From Octopus sinensis (Eukaryota), in NCBI RefSeq assembly GCF_006345805.1, contig NC_043000.1, positions 58,714,001 through 58,778,000 on the forward strand: DNA of 64,000 nt. Direction: 5' to 3'. Under the pieces are notes generated by a model. That model was not told the DNA's origin. It saw only the letters and a list, made by a program, of their open reading frames with translations, and searched no databases. Position 1 is the stretch's first letter. Every line of letters begins with the position of its first letter. This document shows positions 63,377 to 64,000 of this stretch, piece after piece. Both the position numbers and the translations under genes were made by a program.

Positions 63377-64000
63377 CTAAAATTTGTAAAGATAAAGTAT
63401 TTTAACTTCAAGTCACACAGAAAAAAAAATCAAGTCTAGATTTAGAAGAAACCTAAAAGATTAATACAAAATGTTTGTCATGTTCACAACTCAAAAAAAA
63501 TATTTACTCAACACAATGGAGCTGATGCAACTCTCTGGCTTGCCAACTCCTTACAAACTGTCCAACCCATGCCAGCATGGAAGACAGACATTAAATGATG
63601 ACAAATTATAGAATGTAAAACTAGACAATCAGTAGAGAAAATAAAATCGTTGCATATTCAACTAATACTAAGCAATGAAGTAAGAAGCTGCACTCAATTG
63701 GTTGATTATAAAAAAAAAACTAGAACATGCATATTGCCATATTGATAAAGAGAGCAAATGGAAATTTTATTATAAAAATAAATGAGTTTTCTCACATATA
63801 GCAATCAATGTATTGCAATGTAAGTTGTGTACCCTGGTTAAGAACACAATTTGGTTAGTGTTCAGTATAAAAATAAGAAACATAAAGCAAATACTTCAAA
63901 AAAGTAAAAAATGTGATGTATTTATATTCATCACAGTATTAATACTAAATTAACTAATTTACATGATAAGTATAGAAACTTGAATAAAAGTTTATTTATT

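Overview
Eukaryotic (metazoan) genomic DNA, AT-rich and microsatellite-dense. The SINE repertoire looks like Octopus/coleoid cephalopod; this is inferred from recalled repeat families, not from a search. Right third (about 44.6-64 kb, minus strand): the last 15 coding exons of NIPBL/Nipped-B (cohesin loader), reconstructed by hand with GT-AG boundaries and one continuous frame (644 aa + stop), then a ~1 kb 3' UTR and a probable AATAAA. The gene continues beyond the right edge. Left two thirds: intergenic transposon landscape with a complete Buster-type hAT element (8-bp TSD) nested in an RLE-LINE, a ~3.4 kb R4/Dong-like LINE, a Helitron cluster with a PIF1 fragment, RTE, mariner and Penelope-like (PLE) remnants, MITEs and at least three SINE families. 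The most unusual signal is a set of minimal hammerhead-ribozyme (HHR) motifs from three families. Two are an inverted PLE pLTR pair with the U3-A8 core covariation. One lies inside a tRNA-headed SINE-like element carrying a PLE-style 5' inversion. One is an insert inside another SINE. Three of the four lie within ~2 kb downstream of the NIPBL poly(A) signal. SINE copies keep their CpGs left of ~39.8 kb and have lost them inside the gene, which suggests gene-body methylation. No CRISPR, rRNA or genuine tRNA gene is supported.
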